A stretch of DNA of 64,000 bases from an uncultured virus (IMG/VR IMGVR_UViG_3300009157_000020) (IMGVR_UViG_3300009157_000020), one strand, 5' to 3'. Positions 1 through 8,738 are shown, counted from the first letter of the stretch. Numbers and translations are program-made. The notes: generated from the sequence alone by a model not told the origin.

Positions 1-135
1 GCGGCGCAGCGCTTTCTTGTCGTCTTCGTCACTCACGTTCGGATCGCCGCCGAGAAAAGCGTCGCGCTCGTGCAGCATCTTCATGACGGCATCGACGATG
101 CGTCGAGCAAGCTCAGGTGTCGAGGGACGGGTCAC
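1..135 (-). CDS. hypothetical protein, truncated at window edge
   Basis: GTG-started open frame (TRPSTPELARRIVDAV...) runs off the window; sigma70-like promoter upstream at 181-210. Confidence 0.5.
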   Translation of the reverse strand, partial: MTRPSTPELARRIVDAVMKMLHERDAFLGGDPNVSDEDDKKALRR

Positions 136-180
136 GACGCGGAGACGACTCGGACGTGGTGGAGGCGACCACGTCCGAGA

Positions 181-210
181 AATGTAACCTATTTTGGTAG
201 GTTTTGTCAA
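181..210 (-). promoter_or_regulatory. sigma70-like promoter with palindromic spacer
   Basis: Minus strand TTGACA-N18-TACATT; spacer contains the inverted repeat ACCTA-CCAAAA-TAGGT. Confidence 0.55.
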
Positions 211-216
211 CGCAGC

Positions 217-1059
217 TCACAGACGCTTCAGCAACGCGTCCAGGCCCTTGATCTTGTCCGTCTCCAGCTCACCGACAGCCCAACGAGCGCCGCGGATGAA
301 GTCGGTGCTGATCACTCGCGTGCGGACGTCGGCGAGCTTCTTCACGAGCTTCTTGCTTGGGGCAACGAACGCGAGGTTCTTGGTGCCAGCCTTCTTCGCA
401 ATGGTGGCGACCTTCACCCGCTTGCCCTTGGGCGTCGCCTTCTTCGCCTCGGCGAGCTTCGCCTTCTGCTTCTTCGGCGGCAACCTGACGAGCTGACTCG
501 CAGCCGTGGCAGAGATTTCTTTCTTCTCGATCGCCTCGATGACCTCGGGGGCGAGGTTCTCCATCTTCTTCCAGTTCCCAATCGTCTTGATGTCGACGCC
601 GAAGACTTCGGCCGCATCCTTCTCGGTCTTGTCGGGGAACGCGAGGAAGCGCTTGAGCATCTTCGCGTTCTGCTCTGGCGACGGCGTCTTCGAGAAACAA
701 TTCGCCGCGATCATGGTCTCGAAGAGCTCATCGTCTTTGCCCTTCTCCAACATGCACGGCACGCGCTTCTCTTCCTTCTTGTCGATGGCGAGCTCGATGT
801 TCGCCTCGCGGCAGTTGATGACGCGGCGACGACCGTCGACGACTTGGATGTCGTCACCGACCTTGCGAACGAGGATGGGCTTCTTCACGCCGACGCGGAT
901 GATGTTCTTCACCATCGCGGGATCCGGATCGTCATGAACACGAGGGTCGTAGAGCTCGTGCTCGTGGCTGCACTTGATGTCCTTGCCGACGAGGATGACG
1001 TCGTCGGGATCGATCCAGAAGATGTTGCTCCGCGGAGCGTCGATGGCTTGGCCTCCCAT
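217..1059 (-). CDS. ParB/Spo0J-like protein (ParB/Srx N-terminal domain plus HTH)
   Basis: GVKKPILVR...QVVDGRRR arginine patch and HTH-like EKDAAEVFGVDIKTIGNW; AAGGAG RBS before ATG at 1059; frame is open to 1203. Confidence 0.8.
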   Translation of the reverse strand: MGGQAIDAPRSNIFWIDPDDVILVGKDIKCSHEHELYDPRVHDDPDPAMVKNIIRVGVKKPILVRKVGDDIQVVDGRRRVINCREANIELAIDKKEEKRVPCMLEKGKDDELFETMIAANCFSKTPSPEQNAKMLKRFLAFPDKTEKDAAEVFGVDIKTIGNWKKMENLAPEVIEAIEKKEISATAASQLVRLPPKKQKAKLAEAKKATPKGKRVKVATIAKKAGTKNLAFVAPSKKLVKKLADVRTRVISTDFIRGARWAVGELETDKIKGLDALLKRL

Positions 1060-1249
1060 GGGTCTGTTCTCCTTGAGTAACGCGCGTGCTTGTTGGGCAG
1101 CGGAAACGATTTCGGGTGTGAGGTGGAACCGGTCGTCGACGAACGCGTCGACGAAGGCGTTGTGGAACTCTGCGAGCGCGGCACGGTGGACGTCAAGAGT
1201 CACGACCTCGGCAATACCCTGGTAGATCGCGGTTCCCGAAATTTTCGAC

Positions 1250-1292
1250 GAAAAGTGCCCGGTCGAGGGTGGAGATCTCCCCCTGGTCGGGC
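1250..1292 (-). terminator. probable intrinsic terminator after the tRNA pair
   Basis: Minus-strand GC-rich hairpin GCCCGACC..CGGGC followed by ACTTTT. Confidence 0.45.
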
Positions 1293-1316
1293 GACGAAAC
1301 GATCACGTGTAACGAG

Positions 1317-1388
1317 TCGGCACGAGAGGGATCGAACCTCTGGCACTCCACGAGTCGGGTGGATGCTCTACCGCTGAGCTACGCGCCG
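1317..1388 (-). tRNA. tRNA-like gene, anticodon GAC (Val), non-canonical anticodon loop
   Basis: Acceptor CGGCGCG/CGTGCCG, D arm GCTC/GAGC, T arm with TTCGATC; anticodon loop CCGACTC lacks U33 and purine 37; no encoded CCA. Confidence 0.65.
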
Positions 1389-1464
1389 TGGTCGGGGACC
1401 CCGGGGTCGAACCGGGCGCCTCCTCATCCCAAATGAGGCGGCCCACCATCGGGCCTTGTCCCCG
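1389..1464 (-). tRNA. tRNA-Pro(TGG)
   Basis: Acceptor CGGGGAC/GTCCCCG plus ACCA; anticodon arm CCTCA-TT-TGG-GA-TGAGG; T loop TTCGACC; 76 nt. Confidence 0.9.
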
Positions 1465-1597
1465 GAAGGGAGAGGCCACGCGACGGTGGGCTACGCAACG
1501 AGCCGCACGCATCCCGTGGCCGGTGTCGGCTTCGGAGATGGGACTGGCTGCTGCACGCTCACGACGTAGCAACTCTACGCGGCGACACGTGAGCTCG

Positions 1598-1822
1598 TCA
1601 AGATCCGGCTTCAGTCTTGAGCCGCCGTCGCGTGCCCGCAGTCTTGACTGCGCCTTTGCCTGTGCCGATGGCCTTCGCCGCTCGTGCATCGGCAGCGGTC
1701 TGCACCCGGACCGCTCGACGCTGCGCGTTGGTCAGCTTCGCTGTGCGCTTCTTCGCGGGCTTGAGGATGGCTTCTAGTTTGGCGACGCGGGCTTCGAGCT
1801 CGGCAAGACGGTCCTTGGACAT
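1598..1822 (-). CDS. small basic hypothetical protein
   Basis: 74 aa; AGGAG RBS; coiled-coil N-terminus and K/R-rich tail. Confidence 0.65.
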   Translation of the reverse strand: MSKDRLAELEARVAKLEAILKPAKKRTAKLTNAQRRAVRVQTAADARAAKAIGTGKGAVKTAGTRRRLKTEAGS

Positions 1823-1874
1823 CCGGGAGTCTCCTATATAAGGATGCAGATCTTGGATCAGGAGGTCAATATCT

Positions 1875-1906
1875 TAGTTACTCTTAGTCCTAGACTAAGA
1901 TAACTA
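1875..1906. repeat. AT-rich inverted repeat, candidate recombination site or operator
   Basis: TAGTTA-C-TCTTAGTC-cta-GACTAAGA-TAACTA directly upstream of the tyrosine recombinase. Confidence 0.65.
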
Positions 1907-1975
1907 TCGGTTTACGGCACTTTAGCACCCTGAAAACAGGCCTTTTGTTTGATAATCTCGTGGAGCACACGTCCC

Positions 1976-2902
1976 ATGCCGAAGGTCACTGCACTCGTCC
2001 GGAAGACCACGATCGGAGAAGACCTCGCCCGAGCTTCCGAGCTCGCCCGTGATGCTGATTCTCTGTCGACCCAACGTGGCTACCGGATCGACGTGCAAGA
2101 CTGGATGGCCTACTGCAACGACGTCGGAGCGAAGCCACTGCCAGCAGACCCTGCTGTCGTCGTGGCCTGGCTCGGGCGCCTCGAAGCCACCGACAAGAGC
2201 GTGTCGACGGCGAGGCACCGGATCGCCGCGCTCAACCGGCTGCACCGAGAGCGCAAGATGGATCCGCCAGGCAGCCACCCTGACGTGAAGCGCACGCTCA
2301 AGGGCTACGCGAAGCGGCATGCCGGCGAGCACAAGCGCAAGCGAGCCATCACACCTCAGATGGTGGCGACGGTCCTGCTCGACCCCGACATGAAACTCCG
2401 CGACAAGGCCATCGTCGCTATCGGCTTCGGTGCGGGACTTCGTCGCTCCGAACTCGCGGCACTGACGTGGAACGACGTCGACTTCGTGCAGGACGGCGTG
2501 GTGATCACGATCCAGCGCTCGAAGACCGACCAAGAAGGCGAAGGTGCCGTGGTCGCCATCGTGAACGGAACACAACCACAGCTCTGCTTGGTGACCGTGC
2601 TCAAGGCGTGGCACAAGCAGAGCAAGACTGACAGCGTGTTCGCGATCTCCACGGAGACCATCAACCGCCTGGCGAAGCGCATCGCCAAGGATGCGGGGGA
2701 AGATCCGGCTGAGTTCGGTGGCCACAGTTTTCGTGCTGGCTTCTGCACGGTCGCGGGAGAAGCGGGTGTCGGTCTTGCCGAGTCCATGGTGGCGTCGCGG
2801 CACAAGGACGCGAACACGGCCGCGACCTACGTTCGCCCAGCGACTGCGCTCAAGAACAAAGCGTTTCGAGCCGTCGCTGACGCGCTGACGCGCAAGACTT
2901 GA
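1976..2902 (+). CDS. tyrosine recombinase (Cre-like/phage integrase family)
   Basis: Catalytic residues R (GLRRSEL), K (RSKTD), HxxR (GHSFRAG), H (SRHK), Y (TYVR); N-terminal core-binding domain; no obvious arm-binding domain. Confidence 0.92.
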   Translation: MPKVTALVRKTTIGEDLARASELARDADSLSTQRGYRIDVQDWMAYCNDVGAKPLPADPAVVVAWLGRLEATDKSVSTARHRIAALNRLHRERKMDPPGSHPDVKRTLKGYAKRHAGEHKRKRAITPQMVATVLLDPDMKLRDKAIVAIGFGAGLRRSELAALTWNDVDFVQDGVVITIQRSKTDQEGEGAVVAIVNGTQPQLCLVTVLKAWHKQSKTDSVFAISTETINRLAKRIAKDAGEDPAEFGGHSFRAGFCTVAGEAGVGLAESMVASRHKDANTAATYVRPATALKNKAFRAVADALTRKT

Positions 2903-2928
2903 CCGCCACCTACCACAACCGGTACACT
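2899..2928 (+). promoter_or_regulatory. sigma70-like promoter
   Basis: TTGACC-N18-TACACT with CTACCA in the spacer. Confidence 0.5.
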
Positions 2929-2998
2929 GGTTGCTCAAGTCGGCGTTGCGCTGTGACGTGCCGGACGCCGAAGGGTCGAGAGTCGTCCATGTCCACGA

Positions 2999-3028
2999 GG
3001 GGAGCCGCGAAAGCGGCTCCCCGTTTTT
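2999..3028 (+). terminator. intrinsic terminator
   Basis: GGGGAGCCGC-GAAA-GCGGCTCCCC followed by GTTTTT. Confidence 0.8.
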
Positions 3029-3037
3029 GACTCCGCC

Positions 3038-3334
3038 ATGACACTGCCGAAGATGAAGCCGTCGGATGTTCCGCTCTACCAGTGTCGTGACTGCGGCGTG
3101 CGGGCGGACGACTACGTCGTTCACGATCGGATCTGGTACGAGGCGTTCGAGATGAGCATCCACGCGCAGTTCGCACAAGCACGCAAGCCACGAGGGCATC
3201 TCTGCTTCGAGTGCTTGGAGACTCGCCTCAAGCGGCCGCTGCGGTCCGACGACTTCAGACTCATGCCCATCAACCGCGGCATCTTGCTCGGCTTGGCGAT
3301 GGCTCGACGAGAAGTAGAGGACTCGTCCCGATGA
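3038..3334 (+). CDS. zinc-finger hypothetical protein
   Basis: CRDC...HLCFECLE..L.RPL. Confidence 0.7.
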   Translation: MTLPKMKPSDVPLYQCRDCGVRADDYVVHDRIWYEAFEMSIHAQFAQARKPRGHLCFECLETRLKRPLRSDDFRLMPINRGILLGLAMARREVEDSSR

Positions 3335-3426
3335 GACGTCTCGGAGCCGTCATCGTCCTCGAACTCGCGATCTTCCTCGCGTTCTGCATCATTTTGTTCG
3401 TGATCAGCAGGCTGGTGCTACCGTGA
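3331..3426 (+). CDS. small single-TM protein
   Basis: 31 hydrophobic aa; ATGA/GTGA overlaps with both neighbours. Confidence 0.5.
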   Translation: MRRLGAVIVLELAIFLAFCIILFVISRLVLP

Positions 3427-3713
3427 CCGACAAGCTCGTGCAACTCCATCCGTACCGCGGACACGACGAGCTTCCCAGAGAAGCACTCGTGATCCCGATC
3501 TGCGACAACTGCATCTACCTTCGAGACCACAAAGACCCTTTCGGTAAGAATAAGCGACACGACTGGTGGAAGTGCGCTGCGTACGGCTACAGGTACGTGT
3601 CGACCTTGCCGATCTCCGAAGGCAACGGCTGCTACCGTTGGACACCACGACCTCGTCGTCGCAGCCTGCTGCGCTGGCTGTACGACGTGCTGTTCTACTG
3701 GGAGCCGCGATGA
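3423..3713 (+). CDS. Cys-rich hypothetical protein, paralog 1
   Basis: CxxC...C...C; clearly similar to the next ORF. Confidence 0.75.
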   Translation: MTDKLVQLHPYRGHDELPREALVIPICDNCIYLRDHKDPFGKNKRHDWWKCAAYGYRYVSTLPISEGNGCYRWTPRPRRRSLLRWLYDVLFYWEPR

Positions 3714-3973
3714 CCGACAAGCTCGTGCAGATCCACCCGTTCCGCGGACACGACGATCTTCCGGCTGAAGCTCGCATCATCCCAAGCTGTGTCGACTGTC
3801 GATATCGAGTTGGAGTATACGCCGACACGTGGCGTTGCGCTGCATATGGCGGCCGTCAAACAGCAGACCTACCAATTTCAGAACTGGATGGTCACTGCGA
3901 CAGATGGAAGCCAACTCCTCCTCCGCGAAGCCTGCTGCGCTGGCTGTACGACGTGCTGCTGCGCTTCAACTAG
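3710..3973 (+). CDS. Cys-rich hypothetical protein, paralog 2
   Basis: Both paralogs begin MTDKLVQxHPxRGHD and carry RSLLRWLYDVL near the C-terminus; ATGA overlap. Confidence 0.75.
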   Translation: MTDKLVQIHPFRGHDDLPAEARIIPSCVDCRYRVGVYADTWRCAAYGGRQTADLPISELDGHCDRWKPTPPPRSLLRWLYDVLLRFN

Positions 3974-4005
3974 GCGCGACGTACCCATTGTGGTAGCTTC
4001 CCGTG

Positions 4006-4326
4006 ATGGGACAAGGTCAGGGACAGATCTCCGTTCGCGGTTCAACACACGAACTGCTCAAGGTCAAGGCTGCCGGAAAACCGGTCGCGACGCTGATCGA
4101 CGAGTGGCTCACTGCAGCACTCGATCGCGACGAAGCCAATCCTGAAGCAGCTGTGGCTCGCGTACGTGCCAGTGTCGAAGCGCGCGTCGAAGCACGACGA
4201 GCTGCAACAGCACTCATGCCGAAAACTAAACGCGTGCGGACGCGAACAAAACCTGCGACTCAACCTTCCCCGAAAGCTTCCCCCAAACCTGCCCCGAGCA
4301 ACGGCAGCGGATACCACGACCTATGA
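4006..4326 (+). CDS. putative ribbon-helix-helix DNA-binding protein
   Basis: QISVR strand followed by two helices (STHELLKVKA, VATLIDEWL). Confidence 0.55.
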   Translation: MGQGQGQISVRGSTHELLKVKAAGKPVATLIDEWLTAALDRDEANPEAAVARVRASVEARVEARRAATALMPKTKRVRTRTKPATQPSPKASPKPAPSNGSGYHDL

Positions 4327-4871
4327 GCGACGAAGCACTTCTCTTCTCGAAGACGGACTACGAGTTCCTGCAAAAAGCTCTCTTCATCTACTCCAAGGCT
4401 GCCGAGCAACAAGGAGAGATGAACGAGTACAACCAGGCGATGTCCTTGAGCTCACGGCTCGAACAGCGCGTGCACAAGGGCGATGGGATGTCCGTCGAGC
4501 TCAAGAAGCGCTACGAAGCACGTATCGCCGTGGCGCAACAAAACGGTGACGGGCAACAGCTGGCGCGGATCCTCCGTGACTTCATCGCCTCACAAGTTCG
4601 TGTCGAAGCCGATCCTGGTCTCGCGATCGCCAACACCTGCATGGCCTCGATGATGAAGGCGAACATGGGCCAGGCAGCGTCGATGTTCATCCCGATCGTG
4701 CAGAAGAAGTTGCTCGGGTTGCAGAACTCGTACATCCAAGAGGGCTTCCCGGAGAGTCGAGATCTTCTCGACTACTTCAACGACTGGCTCGCGTACGGTC
4801 TGGAAAACCTGCAGCATGGACGTGAACCATGGGCCGAAGACGAGCATCTCAACAAGGAAGAGCCATCCTGA
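4323..4871 (+). CDS. hypothetical protein
   Basis: 182 aa helical ORF, ATGA overlap. Confidence 0.7.
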   Translation: MSDEALLFSKTDYEFLQKALFIYSKAAEQQGEMNEYNQAMSLSSRLEQRVHKGDGMSVELKKRYEARIAVAQQNGDGQQLARILRDFIASQVRVEADPGLAIANTCMASMMKANMGQAASMFIPIVQKKLLGLQNSYIQEGFPESRDLLDYFNDWLAYGLENLQHGREPWAEDEHLNKEEPS

Positions 4872-4882
4872 AGAACTTCGAC

Positions 4883-5044
4883 ATGCGCACGTTCATGATC
4901 AGCTCGACGCTGTGCGTCGCTCTCGTGATCGTCTACGTGTTCATGACAGACACGGAGAGCTGGAAACTCTGGACCTGTTCGCTCGCTGGCATATCCGGCG
5001 CGTTCCTTGGTGAACGTCTCCACTACTTCTACTCTGGGACGTAG
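4883..5044 (+). CDS. small 2-TM membrane protein
   Basis: 53 aa with two hydrophobic segments; stop overlaps the tRNA-Gln 5' end. Confidence 0.5.
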   Translation: MRTFMISSTLCVALVIVYVFMTDTESWKLWTCSLAGISGAFLGERLHYFYSGT

Positions 5045-5110
5045 ATCAACTGGTAGATCAACGGATTTTGATTCCGCAGGTTGAAGGTTCGAATCCTTCC
5101 GTCCCAGCCA
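5035..5110 (+). tRNA. tRNA-Gln(TTG)
   Basis: Acceptor TGGGACG/CGTCCCA plus GCCA; anticodon loop TT-TTG-AT; GGTTCGAATCC; 76 nt. Confidence 0.9.
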
Positions 5111-5118
5111 AGAGCGCC

Positions 5119-5640
5119 ATGACACCTCAAGAAGTTCAGACCATCATCGACAAGGCGAGCGACCTCGGGCTCTACCGGTTCTTGATGGGGTCGTGTGGAC
5201 CATCAGCGATCGCCATCAACCACGTGCTCTTCGAAGGTCGTGGCGTGTACGTCGTGATCAAGGCCAAGAACGAGTGGGTCGGTCACGTGGCGTTGCTGGT
5301 CGATGGCGTGTTGTACGACTACACCGGCAAGACCGACTTCAACTATTTGGTCGCTCACAAGTCACGTCCTGATGAACCGTTCGAGATCCGCACACACGTT
5401 CCCGAGTCGCAGATCCGTCGCCACTTCTGCACCAAGCACTGCCGGCTCGTCGAAGAGGCTGTCTTCATCCTCCAGAATGCGAAGGCCGTGATCGAGCTGG
5501 ATGACACGTACATGACCGAAGCCGACGTCACCGCTGCATTCATCGCGACGCCAGCAGGCAAGATGACGCTGCAGCGCCTCAAGGCGTGGGACCCCAAGGA
5601 CCCGAATATCCCGTCGTTCTTCCCGAGGAAAGCATCATGA
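5119..5640 (+). CDS. hypothetical protein, possible Cys-His-Asp (transglutaminase/papain-like) fold
   Basis: GSC...GHV...LYDYTG spacing. Confidence 0.55.
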   Translation: MTPQEVQTIIDKASDLGLYRFLMGSCGPSAIAINHVLFEGRGVYVVIKAKNEWVGHVALLVDGVLYDYTGKTDFNYLVAHKSRPDEPFEIRTHVPESQIRRHFCTKHCRLVEEAVFILQNAKAVIELDDTYMTEADVTAAFIATPAGKMTLQRLKAWDPKDPNIPSFFPRKAS

Positions 5641-5882
5641 AACGCAGCGAAGCCATCCACATGATGCACGCGTACGGTGAGTACGTCGCAGAGCACGTTC
5701 CTTCGAACGCGCATCCGGTGTTGACCGACCTTGCCGAGATGCCGAAACGATTTCCAGAGGACGGTAGCGAGGACAAGGCGATGCGCTGGCTCGGGTACAT
5801 GCAGGGCGTCCTCGCGTCCAACGGCGTGTTTACGCTCGAAGAGCTCAAGATCCACAACCGAGACAAGACGGTGTCGGCATGA
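5637..5882 (+). CDS. phage hypothetical protein
   Basis: KAMRWLGYMQGVL motif typical of small phage proteins; ATGA overlap. Confidence 0.7.
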   Translation: MKRSEAIHMMHAYGEYVAEHVPSNAHPVLTDLAEMPKRFPEDGSEDKAMRWLGYMQGVLASNGVFTLEELKIHNRDKTVSA

Positions 5883-6104
5883 ACCGTTGCCCGCACTGTG
5901 ACCAGCTGCTTGTCCTTGTCACGTGGTTACGAGCCAGCCATCATCTTCTGGTCGAAGACATCAAGCAACCCGACCTCCACGCCAAGTTATCCACTTCAGC
6001 CCAGGCGCTCGTACTACTGCACGAACGGCTGTGCGAGTTGTGACGAGCACGAAATGAAAACGCCCCCACCACGAGCGTGGTGAGGGCGTCACGTTGCTGA
6101 CCGA

Positions 6105-7196
6105 CTAGCGACCGACGGCGATCGGTCGCACCGGAGAGCCTGCTGCACCACGCAGACGCAGCGGCAAGATCATCGTGCACGCGACGTTGACGTTGTCGTT
6201 GGCGATCGCGGTGAGGTCGAGGTTCTGGATCTGGTGAATCCCCTCCTCGACCAAGTTGCTGTGGTGAGCGGGGAACGGGATCCCCGGCTGCGTCGAGTCC
6301 GGCGACGGACACGGGTTGTCGGGGTCGAGTTCGCAGATCTGGAACGCATCGGTGAACGGGTTGTCGAGGCCGACGACCACCGGTACGAAGTCCGCGAGGA
6401 ACTTCGAAGCCTGGTACGAGAGCCCAGGGCCGTTGAGGTAGTAGTTCGGGAACGGCTCTGGGTCGACCCACTGCTCTCCCCAGCCCGTGCGGATGTACAC
6501 CGCGTCGCCTGGCAAGATCCCTCTGACATGGACCTGCTCGTCGATCGCATCTTCGAGCATGTCGACCGTGATGAGCTCGCCGGCGACCATCGAGTGTCCG
6601 AGCAACTCCTTGAGGTCGAGGATCACCGCGGTCGTGATGATCGGCGGCGCCTTGTCGATAGACAGCGCTGCCATCTCACCGTTCGCGTTGGGCTTGACCT
6701 GCGCCTGCGTGAAGCCGTTGTAGTACGTCGCGGTGCCGGTCGGCGGCGCCGGGTCGACGAACGGGTTCCAGATCTGCGGCATCACGCCGAAGTGCCCGAG
6801 GGCATCCATCTGGGTGCCTTGGCTGCCGAGGCTGCCAGTGAAGATCTCCCCGTTGCCGACCTGCCGCACGAACGGCAACCCGAACGTCGGTACGAAGGTG
6901 AAGTCGACCGGTGCCTCAGCGAAGAGTGCCTGAGGCATCGTCTCCGAGAACGGACGGCTGAGGTCGTAGACCTTGGCTTGCGGATCGGCGAGACGCACCG
7001 AGCAACGCAACCGCGTGCCGTAGCTCTGCGTGTTACCGTTGCCGAGCTGATCGCCAGCACCCCAGCCGCTTGGGCCAGGTGTCGGGACGACAGCACCTGC
7101 ACGAGACTCGACATCGAGATCGGCAGGCAGTGGTTCGGTTTCGGCATCGCAGCCGAAGCTGAGAAGAAGTGCGAAGGAGATGGCACGGTGTTTCAT
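6105..7196 (-). CDS. cyclase-family (kynurenine formamidase-like) metallohydrolase with lipoprotein signal
   Basis: YDLS, GSQGTQMDALGH, GDAVYIRTGW, GPGL, VGLDN, PLRLRGAAGSPVRPIA; N-terminal MKHRAISFALLLSFGC. Confidence 0.85.
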   Translation of the reverse strand: MKHRAISFALLLSFGCDAETEPLPADLDVESRAGAVVPTPGPSGWGAGDQLGNGNTQSYGTRLRCSVRLADPQAKVYDLSRPFSETMPQALFAEAPVDFTFVPTFGLPFVRQVGNGEIFTGSLGSQGTQMDALGHFGVMPQIWNPFVDPAPPTGTATYYNGFTQAQVKPNANGEMAALSIDKAPPIITTAVILDLKELLGHSMVAGELITVDMLEDAIDEQVHVRGILPGDAVYIRTGWGEQWVDPEPFPNYYLNGPGLSYQASKFLADFVPVVVGLDNPFTDAFQICELDPDNPCPSPDSTQPGIPFPAHHSNLVEEGIHQIQNLDLTAIANDNVNVACTMILPLRLRGAAGSPVRPIAVGR

Positions 7197-7289
7197 CGGC
7201 GGCGATCCTACAGGACTCTTCTCGCGCTGTCTCTCAGGGTTTCCTTTAGGCTTCCTCGATCTACCAAAATGGGTTACGATCTCCAAGAC

Positions 7290-7580
7290 ATGGAAGCGAA
7301 GAAGCCCTACCATCTCAAGCTCGGAGAGACGTTCTCGTACACCGGAGCTTTCGGTCGCTACACGTTGCTCGACAACGTGCATAGAGACCCGCGCGGGCTG
7401 GCCAGCTTCCTGCTCTTCGTCGCCAACGAAGACGGTCGCATCATGCCGATGAGCTTGCCGGCGACCACCGACTGCGAAGTCGATCCGGAACAACTTCCCG
7501 ATCTCGACAAGGTCGAGTCGCTGCGCGTCAAGATGGAGAGCGTTCGCGAAGAGCACTTCAAGGTGCTCGCAAGAACCTGA
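7290..7580 (+). CDS. hypothetical protein
   Basis: 96 aa ORF preceded by a promoter-like CTACCAAAATGGGTTACGAT. Confidence 0.6.
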   Translation: MEAKKPYHLKLGETFSYTGAFGRYTLLDNVHRDPRGLASFLLFVANEDGRIMPMSLPATTDCEVDPEQLPDLDKVESLRVKMESVREEHFKVLART

Positions 7581-7668
7581 GTTCCAAGAGGATCAGCGGG
7601 CGGTATCCTCCGTTCGGTAGAAAAACACCCGCAGCACATCATGGTCTTGCATCAACCAGGGATGTGCC

Positions 7669-7706
7669 CGAAACCTGGGGAGTTGTGGCCCCGGGTTTCG
7701 CGTTTT
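7669..7706 (+). terminator. intrinsic terminator-like hairpin
   Basis: CGAAACCTGGGG/CCCCGGGTTTCG followed by CGTTTT. Confidence 0.6.
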
Positions 7707-7772
7707 GAGCACATCGCCAGCCAACCAGTCCCACGCCTTGTCCCGCGTGATCCCGGTAGCTAAACTGGTCTC

Positions 7773-8738
7773 GTGGCTGATGAAGATCCCGCTCTCGATC
7801 CCGTAGCCCTGTTCCTCAAGAGCGTCGAGAACATCGATCTGCCGGACGACTTGAAGGCGTCGTTCGTCGAGACGCTCAAGGTGTTCAAGAGCTTGGGAGC
7901 GGACGATCTCGACGGGATGACGAAGCACGACCCGGCGGAGATCGAGGCCGAGAAGGCGCGGGGCGAGGCCGAGGACGTCGCCAACGACTTCTTGTACGCG
8001 GTCATCGATCAGCGTGGCATCAAGCGGTTGCATCGCAAGTGGTACAACCCGAACACGACGCTCGGCGATCGGACTGGCGCGTCGAGACTCACGAAGAAAA
8101 CCGGCATCGGCTTCCACAACACGGCTGTCGCTGGAGGTTTCGGCGCATGGAAGAGCATCGTCGCCAAGCACAAGAAGATCGCCCTCGAAAATCACTGGGT
8201 CGACAACAACGGCATCATGCTCCCAGACGGCAACATGTGGTCGGGCTGGTCGGTGAAGCCGAACAAGCCACTCACCGTCGATGAATGGGCTCGTGCACTC
8301 GGTGTTGGTGCACGTTATCGCGGTGAGCCGGATGCCGACTACAACCACGGCGTCTCGTACCAGATCCTCGAAGGCGCCAACTCGGTCACGTACCTCAACC
8401 TGCCGTTCGACTGGGTGACATGGCACGGGCACGCGCTCAACACCGACTACATCGGCTGGGCTTGGGATGCGAACTCGACGAAGGAGAAGATCAGCGAGGG
8501 CTTGGGCAAGGATCTCATCTACTCGGTCGAGCGCACGGTCGACTTGGCGAGATCTGAAGGCCACCCGATCAAGTTCTTCAACGTGCACGCTACGACGGCA
8601 CCGAAGCCTGCAGATCCCGGCGTCGAGTTCATCCGCGAAGTTCTCATCCCCGCGGCTGCGCGCACGGGCTGCGAGCTCGTGATGGACAAGGCCTCGGGCG
8701 GCGGTCGAACACTTCGTGATATCCTCAAGGCAGCATGA
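7773..8738 (+). CDS. putative N-acetylmuramoyl-L-alanine amidase (Amidase_2-like lysin)
   Basis: IGFHNTA, SYQI, TWHGHALNTDYIG and NVH...KPADPG follow the Amidase_2 motif order. Confidence 0.65.
   Translation: MADEDPALDPVALFLKSVENIDLPDDLKASFVETLKVFKSLGADDLDGMTKHDPAEIEAEKARGEAEDVANDFLYAVIDQRGIKRLHRKWYNPNTTLGDRTGASRLTKKTGIGFHNTAVAGGFGAWKSIVAKHKKIALENHWVDNNGIMLPDGNMWSGWSVKPNKPLTVDEWARALGVGARYRGEPDADYNHGVSYQILEGANSVTYLNLPFDWVTWHGHALNTDYIGWAWDANSTKEKISEGLGKDLIYSVERTVDLARSEGHPIKFFNVHATTAPKPADPGVEFIREVLIPAAARTGCELVMDKASGGGRTLRDILKAA

Noticed and set aside
1250..1300. Third tRNA in the left cluster
   Set aside because: Forms a single hairpin with a T tract, not a cloverleaf; treated as a terminator.
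1474..1522. Long imperfect hairpin upstream of tRNA-Pro (GGCCACG/CGTGGCC)
   Set aside because: Single copy in GC-rich DNA with no recognisable motif; not enough support to call an RNA.
1976..2902. Prophage boundary (integrase next to tRNA as attL/attR)
   Set aside because: Genes on both sides look viral and no duplicated tRNA 3' end was seen in the window.
3423..3973. Diversity-generating retroelement template/variable repeat pair
   Set aside because: Differences are not adenine-specific, both copies are full ORFs, and no reverse transcriptase is present.
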